A stretch of 64,000 nt of DNA from Psammoneis japonica (Eukaryota): the NCBI GenBank assembly GCA_008632985.1, contig QPGO01000017.1:372001-436000 (forward strand), read 5' to 3'. The position numbers and the translations under genes were made by a program. Shown here piece after piece: positions 11,644 to 24,399 of this stretch. The notes beneath the pieces are model-generated. The model did not search any database. It saw only the letters and a list, made by a program, of their open reading frames with translations, and was not told where the DNA came from. Position 1 is the stretch's first letter, and every line of letters begins with the position of its first letter.

Positions 11644-14249
11644 GGTTGAGTGTGACAGACAAAGAACGCTGCAGCAGAGCAAAAAACGAGATCAGACTTG
11701 TGGCACTCCAAACCGACGACGACTCCTCGAAAAATGCGTCGGCTGATTTTTTGTGTCGGGAAGAGATCCGCCGATCCGATGACACCTTCGGAAGATTTTG
11801 TGATGGGTCGCGCGTCGACGTCCACTGCGGGCCAGAGTATGCTTCGATGCGAACACCAATGTCAGCGGCGCTATTGCCCTCACATGCGAGAAACTGCACG
11901 CATTCACCCCCCAGCCAAATGCCTAGTAGAGTAGCATGCAGGCATGCAGGAAGGTCGTTCTCAATGACCGCGGTCAAGGCATGGCTGTGATGCAATGAAC
12001 ACCGGTACAGTGCATGCGATGCGTATGCCACTCCCAACTGGGAGGTCTGTAAGTGGTACGGAACAAGACAGAGACGGTGCAGTGCCACCGTGGTGAACGC
12101 ACAGAGGGACCAGGGGTTGTTGCAAGTGTGCCACTCTGTGTTTCTCGCAACACCACCCAATGACCCCTTCTTCATGGAACCACTGGCCCAGCCACGGGAG
12201 ATGGCTGGGGTGCACCAGAGGTGTGGCACACAAAAACCATCTGTTGTCGCCTGCGAGCTGCTTGTGCCATGCATGCAGTCAATGCGCAGCTGACAAAATC
12301 ATGATGAGGTGGTTGGCCCAAGGCACATGGCAGGGCTTTGCGACATCTTGAGATGACATGCTGCTGTGCAGCCCTGCCTGAGAGAATTTTTGTGAAATGA
12401 TGGCAGAATTTTTCACGATTTCACCGCAGTGCAACTCGCCAAATCAACAGTGTCTACACTCTGTCACCAAAGAATTCTCTGTCACTTGCACTGATGCAAC
12501 ATGGGTGGCACACCATGCCAAGGTCCCAGTTGCTCACAAATGATCAGCGCCAATGTGGTTGAACTTCTGAGGGTGCAAAAAGATGAGCTCTGGCTCTGGG
12601 TGGGACCTTGCACTGCTGAGCTGTGACATCGACAGTTTTTTGGATCGTGCCGCATGTTGTGCACGCACATGGCTGCATGTGATGTTCTTCCACAAAACTG
12701 TTTCATGCTCCCTGTTTTGCAAAGCCAAAGGCTTTCTATTTTCAACATTTGTGAGAACAAAAATGGGCTGGGCACATTGTCAAATGTCTGTGGAACACAC
12801 CTGGGCAAACCATTGATGATGTGCTGCAAGTGTGAAGGAGGAGATGCATTTGCAAAATTGCCTCTTTTCTGTTGGCAATCATTTGCATTTTCATGGCTTA
12901 ATGAATTTGCTGCGGAGCTTGCAGGCAGAATTCTGTGGGCCCAATGTCACATGGAGTCCCACCCAGGACTGAAACCCATCAAAAGCCTGTGCCAACATTG
13001 TGAGCTGCTGCATCAAGCCCAAATGTGGCATCCATTGTTGGGTTGTTGTCAGGTTTCAGATGGGAAGAAAGCACCCACTGCTGGTGCCTTGCGTGCATTG
13101 TTCGCTTCTTGGGAATGGTTTTGAGGGCATTGGTGAAATGGCTGCAGCCACTTCAAGCAGATGGAGAGACTTGGAAACAGGCAGCCAATTTTGTCTTGCT
13201 GTCAATGATGGAAAGCAGATCAAGTTAAAACATTTTCCCAATGCTGGGTGGGCATTTTGCAACATTGCTGCACCCATTGATTCAGATGCTGCCCATCAAA
13301 TGGGGAAAGTGTGTGGCTCTGAGCATGTGCCACTGGAGGAAAAGACTGACAATGCAAACAAGTGCGGATGCATCCAATTTCTGCTTGCCTCCAGAGGGAA
13401 GGTGCAAGCCATTGCCAACTTGCTTTTGTCAGAATGGACAGCTTGCACCATCATCAGGGACTCCATTGAAGAAGAAAACATTGCTGCACAGGAGAACATT
13501 GCTGCAGCAACTGCCAACAGCTGGGCTGGCTGGTTGATGCCATCTGTCATGCAACTCAAACAGAAACTGAGTGCATTGTGCATGGAAACAATCAACAACA
13601 TCACCAAAACTCCAGACAACAATGTGAGGGAATTTGCGCACCTTCCTGAAACTGCATCAGCTTCACAAGGATTCATGGCAAGCACACAACAAATTGCACA
13701 ATGTTTTCCCTGGTCCAAAAAAGGAGAGCAGACATTGGTGACTGTGATTTCTCTGTGCTGCTTGTGGCAAATCTGTGAAGTGTTGAAAGACCATGGAGCC
13801 CAAATCTCCAAATGAAATTCACCCATTGGCCAGAAACAGCTTTCTCTCTCCTGAGGCCAGTGGGAGGACAAGATTTCAAGAGCTGCAAACAATTTGAGGG
13901 TGGTCAGGAACAGATTAAAACCTTTGCAAAAACTCACACAGTCTGACAAGAACTGACTCCATGCCAGGTCTGATGACACTCATTTCTCTGAGTTGACTGC
14001 TGTTTGACTTGGCGAAGTGCTGCAAGGACAACAAGGCTGATGTTCACAAAAAAATCATGGAGTGCATGGTGAAACACATTGCTGAAATGGAGGGTGCCTT
14101 TTTGTCATCATCAGAGGTGAGAGCCAAAGCAGAGCAGTTGGTTGGTGAGCTTTTAGATGCCATCTGTGCAACAACTTCTTTGTCAAGAAAGGTGCAGGCA
14201 AACCAAAACAATGCAGATTCTCCCCTTGACTGATGCAGGTGGCCTTGGC

Positions 14250-15230
14250 GCATTGGCACAAAATTGCAAAGGTCCCAAAATGGCAGAGGGTGGCAAATGG
14301 GAAAGGGCACAAAGTCACAAAGGGCACAAAAAACAGCTGAGGGTGAAAAATTGCAAAGGAGGGTGCAAAATGGCCCAGGGCACAAAATGATGGAAAAGGG
14401 AGCAAAATCACAAAGGGCGCCAAATGGCCGAGGGGAGGCCACAAAATCTGTGCAAAATGGCCAAGGTGCAAAATGGGCAAGTGCAGCCACAGAAGCATGC
14501 ATTGGAAAATGCAGCTTCTGGCAAGAGACCTGTGACAGGCTGCATGAGTTCCACACAACTGAGGCTGGCGTGACTGGCCATTGCCAGAGTGATTCACTTT
14601 GCATGGAGGGTCTGCACAAGATGTGTGCAGCACCAAGTGTGGTTGATTCTGCACAAGGACTCAAGCCCTGCATGTCTTGCTGTTGCAAAATGGTCTCACA
14701 ATTTCACACACAACAGAAAATCTCAGCATTTTGTGTTTGAGCACTTGGACCCCATTTTTGCACAGGGCACAAGGTTGACAAATCAAGAAGGGCACAAATT
14801 TGTGAAGGGCACAATGTGTCCAAGGGCACAGAATCACAAAGATTGCAAAATGGTGCACAAAGTTGCAAAAGATGCCAAATGTCAGCTGAGGGTTCAAAAT
14901 CATGAAGGGCACAAAATGGCCAAGGGTGCAAAATCATGAAGGGCACATTGTGGTGCCTGAGGGTGCAAAATCATGAAGGGCACAAAATGGCAAAGGGTGC
15001 AAAATCATGAAAGGCACAAAAGGGCTGAGGGAATGAAATGGAAAAGGTTGCAAAATCAAGAATGGTGCAAAATGGTTGAGGCAGCAAAATTGCAAAGGGC
15101 ACAAAATGGCCAATTGTTCAAAATGGGAAAGGGCACAAAATCACAAAGGGTGCAAAATGGCGGCTGAGGGTGCAAAATCACAAGGGGCCTAAAATGGCCA
15201 AGGGCACAAAATTTCAAAGGGTGCAAAGCT
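14250..15230 (+). repeat. Degenerate ~33-bp minisatellite (GGGCACAAAATGGCCAAGGGTGCAAAATCATGAA-like), interrupted at about 14480-14760
   Basis: Recurring gggcacaaaat / gggtgcaaaat blocks visible directly. Confidence 0.75.
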
Positions 15231-15445
15231 GGCAACAAGTTTGGCAAGTCTGGCAATTTTGGCAAGTTTTTGAGTTTGTCAAGTTTGTTGAGTTTGGCGA
15301 GTTCAGCAAGTTTGGCAAGCATGCTCCTGAGTTTGTCAAGTTTGTCAAGTTTGGTGAGTTTGGTGATCAAGTTTGTCAAGTTTGCAAGTTTGGCAAGTTT
15401 GGCAAGTTTGGTGATTTTAGCAAGTTGGTCGAGTTTGTCAAGTTC

Positions 15446-16010
15446 AGGCATGCTCCAGTCCCAGGTGATGCACAAGACAACAATCAATTTTGAGTGTAAA
15501 TTGTGCATCTCTTGTGCATGGAGCATTTGAGCATAAATTGCTGAAGCCAGTGTGCTTTTGTGGATGTCAAGAGCATGAACATTTAGTTGGCTTTTTGGTT
15601 GGTGTGAAAGTCCTCATGGGACATGCATCACAAACTCCCTCACCAGCAGACTCAACACGACTGATTGCACATCAACACATTGCATGCAGAGATGATTTGT
15701 CTGCAGGCAGAACCCATGCCAGCAAGCATCACAGAAAAATTGTTTGTGTTGACATCAAAATGACAGCAACAATTTTGCTGAAAATCGTCCATTGAGTTGC
15801 GGCTCGATTGTTGCAACGAAACACATGGATTTCAAAAAAACAATGATGTTGCAACACTGACACGAGTCTTGTCAATGTTGCAAAACATTCAAATTTGGGC
15901 TGGTCCACACTTTTGGTGGAGAAAGCTGGGGCGCGCAAGTCAGAGACCATGCAAAAATTGCAAACTTTGTTTTTGTGCACAGTTTGGTTCATGCGCGGTT
16001 GGAACACGTC
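15446..16010 (+). mobile_element. MITE-like unit, copy 1, within the satellite
   Basis: Aligns with 16224-16759. Ends are degenerate inverted repeats (ggcatgctcca ... tggaacacgtc). Confidence 0.6.
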
Positions 16011-16223
16011 TTTGGCAAGTTTAGCGAGTTTGGCGAGTTTGGAAATTTTGTCAAGTTTGGCAAGTTTGTCAAGTTTGGTGAGTTTGTCAAGTTTGGTGAG
16101 TTTGGCGAGTTTGGCAAGTTTGGTGATTTTGATGATTTTGGCAAGTTTGGAGAGTTTGTTGAGTTTGGTGAGTCTGTCATGTTTGGCAAGTTTGCCCCTG
16201 AGTTTGGCGAGTTTGTCAAGTTT

Positions 16224-16759
16224 GGGTGTGTTCCATCCCCAGGTGATGCACAAAATGACAATCAATTTTGAGTGCAAATTGTGCATCTCTCGTGCATGGG
16301 GAGTGTTTGTGTGTAAAGTGCTTGAGCGGATGTGCTTTTGTGGATGTCCAGAGTGTGCACATTCAATTGGTTTTTTTGTTGGTGTGCAAGTCCTCATGGG
16401 ATGTGTGTCACAAACTTCCTCAGCAGACTCAGCACTGATTGTGCAACAGTGCAATGCATGCAAAGATTCATCTGCATGCAGAGCTCATGCCAGACAGCAT
16501 TGCGTGAAAATTGTTTGTGTTGACATCAAAACAACAGCAACAATTTTGCCGAAAATCACCCGCCGTGTTGCGATTCATTGTTTGTTGCAACAAAAAGATG
16601 GGCTGCACAAAAACAATGACATCGCAGCACTGACATTCAAATTTGTGTGAATCTGTGCTTTTGGTGGAGAAAGCCAGGTTGCAAGTCAGAGACAGTGCAA
16701 AAATTGTGCAAATGTCATTTTTGTGCACCACTTGGTTCGCGTGCGGTTGGAACATGTCT
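16224..16759 (+). mobile_element. MITE-like unit, copy 2
   Basis: Direct repeat of 15446-16010; ends ggtgtgttcca ... tggaacatgtc. Confidence 0.6.
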
Positions 16760-17845
16760 TTGGCAAGTTCGGTGAGTTTGGCAAGTTTGGTGAGTTTGGC
16801 AAGCATGGAGAGTTTGTCAAGTTTGTCAAGTTTGGCAATTTTGGCAAGTTTGTCAAGTTTGTCGAGTTTGGCAAGTTTGTTGAGTTTGTCATGTTTTGGC
16901 AAGTTTGGTGAGTTTGTTGAGTTTGGCAAGTTTGGCAAGTGTGACAAGTTTGTTGAGTTTGGCAAGATTGTTGAATTTGCAAGTTTGTCAAGTCAGGAGA
17001 GTTTGTTGAGCTTGGCAAGCTTGGCAAGTTTGTGAAGTTTGGCAAGTTTGTTGAGTTTGGCATGTTTGTCAAGTTTGGCAAATTTGGCAAGTTTGGTGAG
17101 TTTTGCAAGTTTGGCAAGTTTGTGGAGTTTGGCAAGTTTGTTGGGTTTGTTGAGCTTGGCAAGTTTGTTGAGTTTGGCAAGTTTGTCAAGCTTGGCGAGT
17201 TTGGCAAGTTTGTTGAGTTTGGCAAGTTTGGCAAGTTTGGCAAGTTTGTTGAGTTTGTCATGTTTTGGCAAGTCAGGCGAGTTTGTCAAGTTTGGCAAGT
17301 TTGTCAAGTGTGGCAAGTTTGTTGAGTTTGGCAAGATTGTTGAATTTGCAAGTTTGTCAAGTCAGGAGAGTTTGTTGAGCTTGGAGAGCTTGGCAAGTTT
17401 GTGAAGTTTGGCAAGTTTGTCGAGTTTGGCATGTTTGTCAAGTTTGGTGAATTTGGCAAGTTTGGTGAGTTTTGCAAGTTTGGCAAGTTTGTGGAGTTTG
17501 GCAAGTTTGTTGGGTTTGCTGAGCTTGGCAAGTTTGTCAAAAATGGCAAGTTTGTCAAGCTTGGGGAGTTTGGCAAGTTTGATGAGTTTGGCAAGTTTGG
17601 CAAGTTCAGCAAGTTTGTTGAGTTTGGCGACTTTGGCAAGTTTGGCGAGTTTGGCAAGTTTGTCAATTTTGGCGAGTTTGGCAAGTTTGTTGAGTTTGGC
17701 AAGTTTGGAGAGTTTGTTGTGTTTGGTGATTTTGTCAAGTTTGTTGAGTTTGGTGATTTTGGCAAGCTTGTTGAGTTTGTCAAGTTTGGCAAGTTTGTTG
17801 AGTTTGGCAAGTTTGGAGATTTGGAGAGTTTGGTGATTTTGTCAA

Positions 17846-18186
17846 GTGGACAATTTTTGGCAAAGTCATTGCCGTCATTTGAGTGTCAACACAAGCTGTT
17901 TTTTTGCAATGCTGTCTGGCATGTGGTTTGCCTCTGCAGACAAATCTCTGCATGCAATGCACTGTTGTGCAACCAGCATTGAGTCCGCTGAGGAAGTTTG
18001 TGGCACATGTCCTGTGAGGACTTGCATGCTGACAACAAGGCCATTTGAATGTTCGTGCTCCAAACACCCACAAAAGCACATCCTCTGAAGCACTTCACAT
18101 GCAAACACTTCACACACAAGAGATGCACAATTTGCGCTCAAAGTTGATTGTCATTTTGTGATTCACCTGTGGGGTCGGAACACGTC
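17846..18186 (-). mobile_element. MITE-like unit, copy 3 (inverted, truncated)
   Basis: Reverse complement of the left ~340 bp of copies 1 and 2; ends in ggaacacgtc. Confidence 0.6.
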
Positions 18187-21100
18187 TGCAGTGAGTTTGG
18201 CAAGTTTGGCAAGTTTGCTCCAGAGTTTGTTGAGTTTGTCAAGTTTGGCAAGTGATTTTGGTGAGTTTGGCAAGTTTGGCAACTTTGGCAACTTTGGCAA
18301 CTTTGGCAACTTTTTCAAGTTTGGCAAGTTTGGCAAGTTTGGCGAGTTTGTCAAGTTTGTTGAGTTTGGCAAGTTTGGCAAGTTTGGCAAGTTTGGTGAT
18401 TTTGGCAAGTTTGGCAAGTTTGGTGATTTTGGTGATTTTGGCGAGTTTGGCAAGTTTGGCGAGTTTGCCGAGTTTGGTGAGTTTGCCGAGTTTGGCAAGT
18501 TTTTCAAGTTTGGCAAGTTTGGCGAGTTTGGCAAGTTTGGCGAGTTTGGCAAGTTTGTCAAGTTTGTCGAGTTTGGCAAATTTGGCGAGTTTGGCATGTT
18601 TGGCAAGTTTGGAGAGTTTGGCAAGTTTGGCGATTTTTGCGAGTTTGGCAAGTTTGGCAAGTTTGGTGTTTTTGGTGAGTTTGGCGAGTTTGGCAAGTTT
18701 GGCAAGTTTTTCAAGTTTGGCAAGTTTGGCAAGTTTGGCGAGTTTGGCAAATTTTGCGAGTTTGGCAAATTTGGTGATTTTGGTGAGTTTGGGGAGTTTG
18801 GCAAGTTTGGCAAGTTTGGCGGTTTTGGCAAGTTTGGCAAGTTTGGCAAGTTTGGTGATTTTGGCGAGTTTGGCAAGTTTGGTGATTTTGGTGATTTTGG
18901 CAAGTTTGGCAAGTTTGGTGATTTTTGCGAGTTTGGCGAGTTTGCCGAATTTGGCAAGTTTGGCGAGTTTGGCAAGTTTGGCAAGTTTTTCAAGTTTGGC
19001 AAGTTTGGTGAGTTTGGCAAGTTTGGCAAATTTTTCAAGTTTGGCAAGTTTGGCGAGTTTGGCAAGTTTGTCGAGTTTGGCAAATTTGTCAAGTTTGGCA
19101 TGTTTGGCAAGTTTGGCAAGTTTGGTGTTTTTGGCAAGTTTGGCGAGTTTGGCAAGTTTGGCAAGTTCAGCGAGTTTGGTGATTTTGGTGAGTTTGGCAA
19201 GTTTGGCAAGTTTGGCAAGTTTGGCGAGTTTGCCGAATTTGGCAAGTTTGGCGAGTTTGCCGAATTTGGCAAGTTTGGCAAGTTTTTCAAGTTTGGCAAG
19301 TTTGGAGAGTTTGTCAAGTTTGTTGAGTTTGGCAAGTTCGGCGAACAAGTTTTCAAGTTTGGCAAGTTTGGCGAGTTTGGCAAGTTTGGCGAGTTTGGCA
19401 AGTTTGGCAAGTTTGGTGATTTTGGCGAGTTTGGCAAGTTTGGCAAGTTTGGCGAGTTTGGTGACTTTGGCAAGTTTGGCGAGTTTGCCGAGTTTGGTGA
19501 GTTTGCCGAGTTTGGCAAGTTTTTCAAGTTTGTCGAGTTTGGCAAGTTTGGCAAATTTTTCAAGTTTGGCAAGTTTGGCGAGTTTGGCAAGTTTGTCGAG
19601 TTTGGCAAATTTTTCGAGTTTGGCATGTTTGTCGAGTTTGGCAAGTTTGGCAAGTTTGGCGAGTTTGGTGATTTTGGCAAGTTTGGCGAGTTTGCCAAGT
19701 TTGGTGAGTTTGCTGAGTTTGGCAAGTTTTTCAAGTTTGGCAAGTTTGGCGAGTTTGGCAAGTTTGGCAAGTTTGGCAAGTTTGGTGAGTTTGGCAAGTT
19801 TGGCAAGTTTGGTGAGTTTGGTGAGTTTGGCAAGTTTGTTGAGTTTGGCAAATTTGGCGAGTTTGGCATGTTTGGCAAGTTTGGCAAGTTTGGTGTTTTT
19901 GGCGAGTTTGGCAAGTTTGGCGAGTTCAGCAAGTTTGGTGAGTTTGGCGAGTTTGGCAAGTTTGGCGAGTTTGCCAAATTTGGCAAGTTTGGCAAGTTTT
20001 TCAAGTTTGGCGAGTTTGTCGAGTTTGTCAAGTTTGTCGAGTTTGGCGAGCTTGGCAAGTTTGGCAGTTTTGGCAAGTTTGGCAAGTTTGGTGATTTTGG
20101 CGAGTTTGGCAACTTTGGCGAGTTTGCCGAGTTTGGCAAGTTTGGCAAGTTTTGCAAGTTTTTCAAGTTTGGCAAGTTTGGTGAGTTTGTCAAGTTTGTT
20201 GAGTTTGTCAAGTTTGGCGAGTTTGGCAAGTTTGGCAAGTTTGGTGATTTTGGCGAGTTTGGGGAGTTTGGCAAGTTTGGCAAATTGGCGAGTTTGGCAA
20301 GTTTGGCAAGTTTTTCAAGTTTGGCAATTTGGCGAGTTTGGCAAGTTTGTTGAGTTTGTCAAGTTTGGAGAGATTGTTGAGTTTAGCAAGTTTGTCAAGT
20401 TTGGCAATTTTGGCAAGTTTGGCAAGTTTGTCAAGTTTGGTGAGTTTGTTGAGTTTGGCAATTTGGGCAATTTTGGCAAGTTTGTCAAGCTTGGTGAGTT
20501 TGTTGAGTTTGGCAAGTTTGGCGAGTCTGCAAGTTTGTCAAGTTTGTTGAGTTTGGTTGGCAAGTTTGGCAAGTTTGCTCCTGAGTTTGTCAACTTTGTT
20601 GAGTTTGGCAAGTTTGTCAAGTTTGGAGAGTTTGTGGAGTTTGGCAAGTTTGGCAAGTTTGTTGACCGAGTTTGGCAAGTTTGGCAAGTTTGTTGACTGA
20701 GTTTGGCAATTTTGGTGAGTTTGTCGATTTTGGCAAGTTTGGCAAGTTTGGCAAGTTTGGTTGGTTTTGCAAGTTTGGAGAGTTTGGCAAGTTTGTCAAT
20801 CAAGTTTGGCAAGTTTGGCAATTTTGTCGAGTTTGTCAAGTTTGGCAAATTTGGCAAGTTTGGTGAGTTTGGCAAGTTTGGTGAGTCACAGACCCAAACA
20901 CTTCTGCCGTCATTGCTTGCAACTCTGGCTTGCCCAGGTGCCACCAAATGTGCGCAGCTCTTTTGCCCAGCACTTTTTGGCACAAGGTGGCTGACTTTGG
21001 AATTGCCAGGTTCTCTTGGAGCTGTGCTGCAGACACACCAAGTCCATCCTGTGGCGCGAGCAGTGAACAACATGGCTGCAAAGCTGTGTCAAAGCACCAG

Positions 21101-21839
21101 CAGCCAGATGTCTCTCAACAAGCTCTGGAGACAAGCCTCCCAGCAAGGAACAACACTTGCCACAAGCACCCAAGGAGGAGCAAGAAGTTGCTGTCAAAAC
21201 CACAACATTTTCTGTTTGGCAGATCTGTGGCAAGCAGCACTTGCCACAGCAACCAAGCTTGTGCCACACTTTGAGGCATTCTTGACAAGCAAAGCAGGAA
21301 AAAAGAATGGCTGTCAATGGCGCCGCCCAATGCTCATGGTGGAAATGACAGCCATGATGCCGAAAAAAAAACGCTGTGGACAACTTTTGTGTGACTGGCC
21401 TGTGAGCCAGAAGCAGCTCTAAAAGTGTGATTGCTTGTGCAGCATTGTCTGCAAAGAATGGCTTCCACTCTCATTGAGAATCTCAACAAGAGCTGCAAAT
21501 CTCAATTTTGCATCTGTGATCAACGCTTCCACAGGTGTGGTGGCTGGTGGGGGGCAGCAATTGACCTGGCTTTTTTTGTTGCTGATCAATTTTTAAATGA
21601 TCGCACAAATTTGACTCTTTGTTTGCTGCTGATCTGCCATGGCCATCATCATCAGTTGGTTTGAAAGACAGCTGCATGGGTGGTGCACACTGCTTGTGAC
21701 AATTTCTTTGCTTTGTTGTCACAATCTTGTGGAAAATGGACAGCTGCACAATGACAACCTTTGAGGCAGAGAAGAGAAGAGAACTGTCACACACACCTGC
21801 AAGCCACAACTGTGCCATGGCAACCCACCTCTGCTCTCA

Positions 21840-22470
21840 AATCAACTGTTGCTGGGGCAATGCCAAGGGAGCAAGAGCATTGACATGAAGCAGCACAAGT
21901 GCATCATGTGCAACAGTGGTGTTTGTTTGTTTGTTTGTTGGTGTCTTCTTAAAAAATTCTTGTGTGTGCACTCCATTAGATGGACAGTGTGTTTTGTGGC
22001 TTTTTTGTGACTCAGCCACATTGACAAAGCAGCCATCACTGGGACAATGTCACGTGGTTAAGAGCACTGACACAAGGCACTGCAAAGATGTTGAGCATGA
22101 TGGGGCAGCACGTGTTTGCTGGCATCTTTCGAAGTTCTCACATTTGCACTCCTCCACTTGCTGAATGGGGAGTGTGTTCTGTGGTTTGTTTGCAACTTGG
22201 CTGCATTGACAAAGCAACTGTTGCTGGGCTGACATCAAATGGTTGAGACCATTGATGCAAAGCAATGCCAAGAATGTGACAGCAAGCATGACAGCAGTGC
22301 TTGTTTGTTGGCATCTTCTGACATTCTCATGTTGGCACCCCACCCACATGCCCACATGGACAGCACATTTTGTGGTTTCTCTCTGTGACTTGGCTGTGCA
22401 CCCACAAATCAACCATTGCCAGGACAATGTCTTGCATGATCAACAGCATTGATGCAAGGCAATTTAAGCA
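21840..22470 (+). repeat. Degenerate ~185-bp tandem repeat (3-4 units)
   Basis: Recurring cattgacaaagca..ctggg and gcattgatgcaa blocks at roughly 185-bp spacing. Confidence 0.55.
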
Positions 22471-24399
22471 TGTTGCGTGCACAACAACAGTCTTTCTTTT
22501 TTGGTGTCTTCTGATTTTTTTGTGTTTGCACTCTGCTCAGATGCACAGTGTGATCTGAGTTTTTTCTGCCACCAACAAGATCACAGCAAACAATCAACCA
22601 TGCCAACAGGGACCATGGGGACATGCCAAAAATTCCTTGATGGTGGGTCAGTCAAGAGCAGAGCAGAGTGCACAAATGCGCTGCTGCACTTCTGCAGCTG
22701 GGCGCAACACTGCAACAGGAAGGATTTGCTGTTGCAGACCTTGTGAGTTGACAACATGTGATGACAAAGCAAAAGATGCAGCAGGTGCTGCAGATGTTGC
22801 TGGGCTGCAAAATGTGGCCAAGCAATGACAACAACAACAAACAGGGGTTGAGAGTGGACACAGCAGCAGTGGCAACAAGAGACTGTCTTGATCTTGACTC
22901 AGAAACAGTCTTGTTTTTTGCCCTTTTTTTTTGCCTTGCATGCTTTTGACCTGTTTCAACCACTGACCATTGCTTGTGGTGGCATGGGGCAGATCTCACC
23001 CAGATGCTCCACTGAAATGTGCTTCCCTCATTTCATGCTGAGCTCCATTTGTTTGATGGTGGGAATTCCAGGAAATGGGGCGACCTGGGGTGTCACCTGC
23101 AAGAGCTTCAATCTGTTGCCACAGCTGGGCTTTTTGAGTTCTCTTGTGATGGTCACACACCTTGACACTCATCTTGGCAAAACACCTGAGTTTTCACATC
23201 TGTTGGTGAGCTTTTTGTGATGGAAAAGAAGATGTGGCTCTTGTGGACAACCATGCCAGCAGCAAAGTGTCAACACAACAAATTAAGTTTTGTGCCCTGG
23301 TCTCAAAAAGCACTCTTGTTTTCATTCAACAACTCCATCATTTGCTTGAAGGTGCAAATGCTGAAGCATCTGTGCACCGTTTTTTCAAGATGTTGTGCAC
23401 CCAGTTGCAAGGGAGTTAAAAAAAGATGTGGGTGGGAGGAACAAAGATGGGGCAAACCAGCCAATGCCACTGGCAATTGCTGCCTCTCTGTCATCAAAAA
23501 GAAGAGCCAGCTCACCATGCTCCACCAAAGAATGAGATGGAGGTCTTGCTCCTGAGCTTCATTGCAGCAAGAACAAATGCAACTCCAAGCCAAGCAAGAA
23601 GAAAGCCAGGGCTGACTTTGGGTTCTTGTGCCACTTTGTCCTGTCAGGGTGGTGCTTGTCATGCACAACTGGCCTGGCTGTTCCTGTTGACCTCTTCCTC
23701 AAATTCAACCCCCAAGTTCATCATCTGAGTTGCTGCCTTTGCTGCTGCAAACAGACCACTCAGCAGAAAACTTGCCAGAGGAAATGGAGTCCTTGTCATC
23801 AGAAACTGTCCAAAAGCTGCCATGGGTTCCAAGCAAGAAGCCAGCATTCTCAGAATCAGAGGCTTCATTGCTGGACTCAGAGGCACCGCTGCTCCCCCAC
23901 TGCTGCTGCTCTGCTGTAGGATCAAATGCTGGTCTGCCCCCAAGATCATCCATGAGCAAATTGCTCCCCTTGTTGCCTTGCTCCATTGGCTCCAAGTCCA
24001 TCCCCAACTCATTGCAGTTGGCAGCAGCCAGAACCTTGCCAGGAGTTGCATGACCATGCTCCCATCCTGCTCATTCTCAACTTTGATTTGTTGCCACTCT
24101 TGCTCAGTGCTCAGTCACTGGCCTGACCCACTCTTCATCCCCACAAAAGTCAGCTTCCTTTGCAATCTTTTCCAACTAAACAGTTGTGACAAAGAAAAGA
24201 AACAAGCAAACAAGGGACTTGCAGGCCTGCTTCACTGCTCATGAAGGGCCACAGAGACCTCATCTGCCAGGGCCTGAATGTGGTCCAGACCATCAATGCT
24301 CCAAGTTGGAAAGCTCACTCATTTTTCAATCTGCAGCTGAAACAGGCCTGTCAAGCTTTTCTGTGGCTTCACATCTGCAAAAAAAAACCTGCACCCTGA

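Larger units (their letters stand above)
15228..20885 (+). repeat. 9-bp satellite array (AAGTTTGGC and variants GAGTTTGGY, RAGTTTGTY) with higher-order duplications and three ~0.35-0.56 kb spacer units
   Basis: Hundreds of tandem 9-mers; longest uninterrupted block 18190-20885; 369-bp higher-order duplication (gtcatgttttggcaag at about 16888 and 17257). Confidence 0.95.

Noticed and set aside
15228..18186. Repeat blocks separated by spacers, superficially CRISPR-like
   Set aside because: The spacers are homologous to each other and hundreds of bp long, the repeats are tandem 9-mers, the context is eukaryotic and there are no cas genes.
18158..20696. Long ORFs of 731, 706, 814 and 369 aa (FGK/LPN/LAS/LAK repeats)
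   Set aside because: Translations of the 9-bp satellite; open in several frames on both strands because TAA/TAG are absent. No evidence of coding function.
15228..20885. Telomeric repeat array
   Set aside because: The unit does not resemble TTAGGG-type repeats, is heterogeneous, and is internal with genes on both sides.
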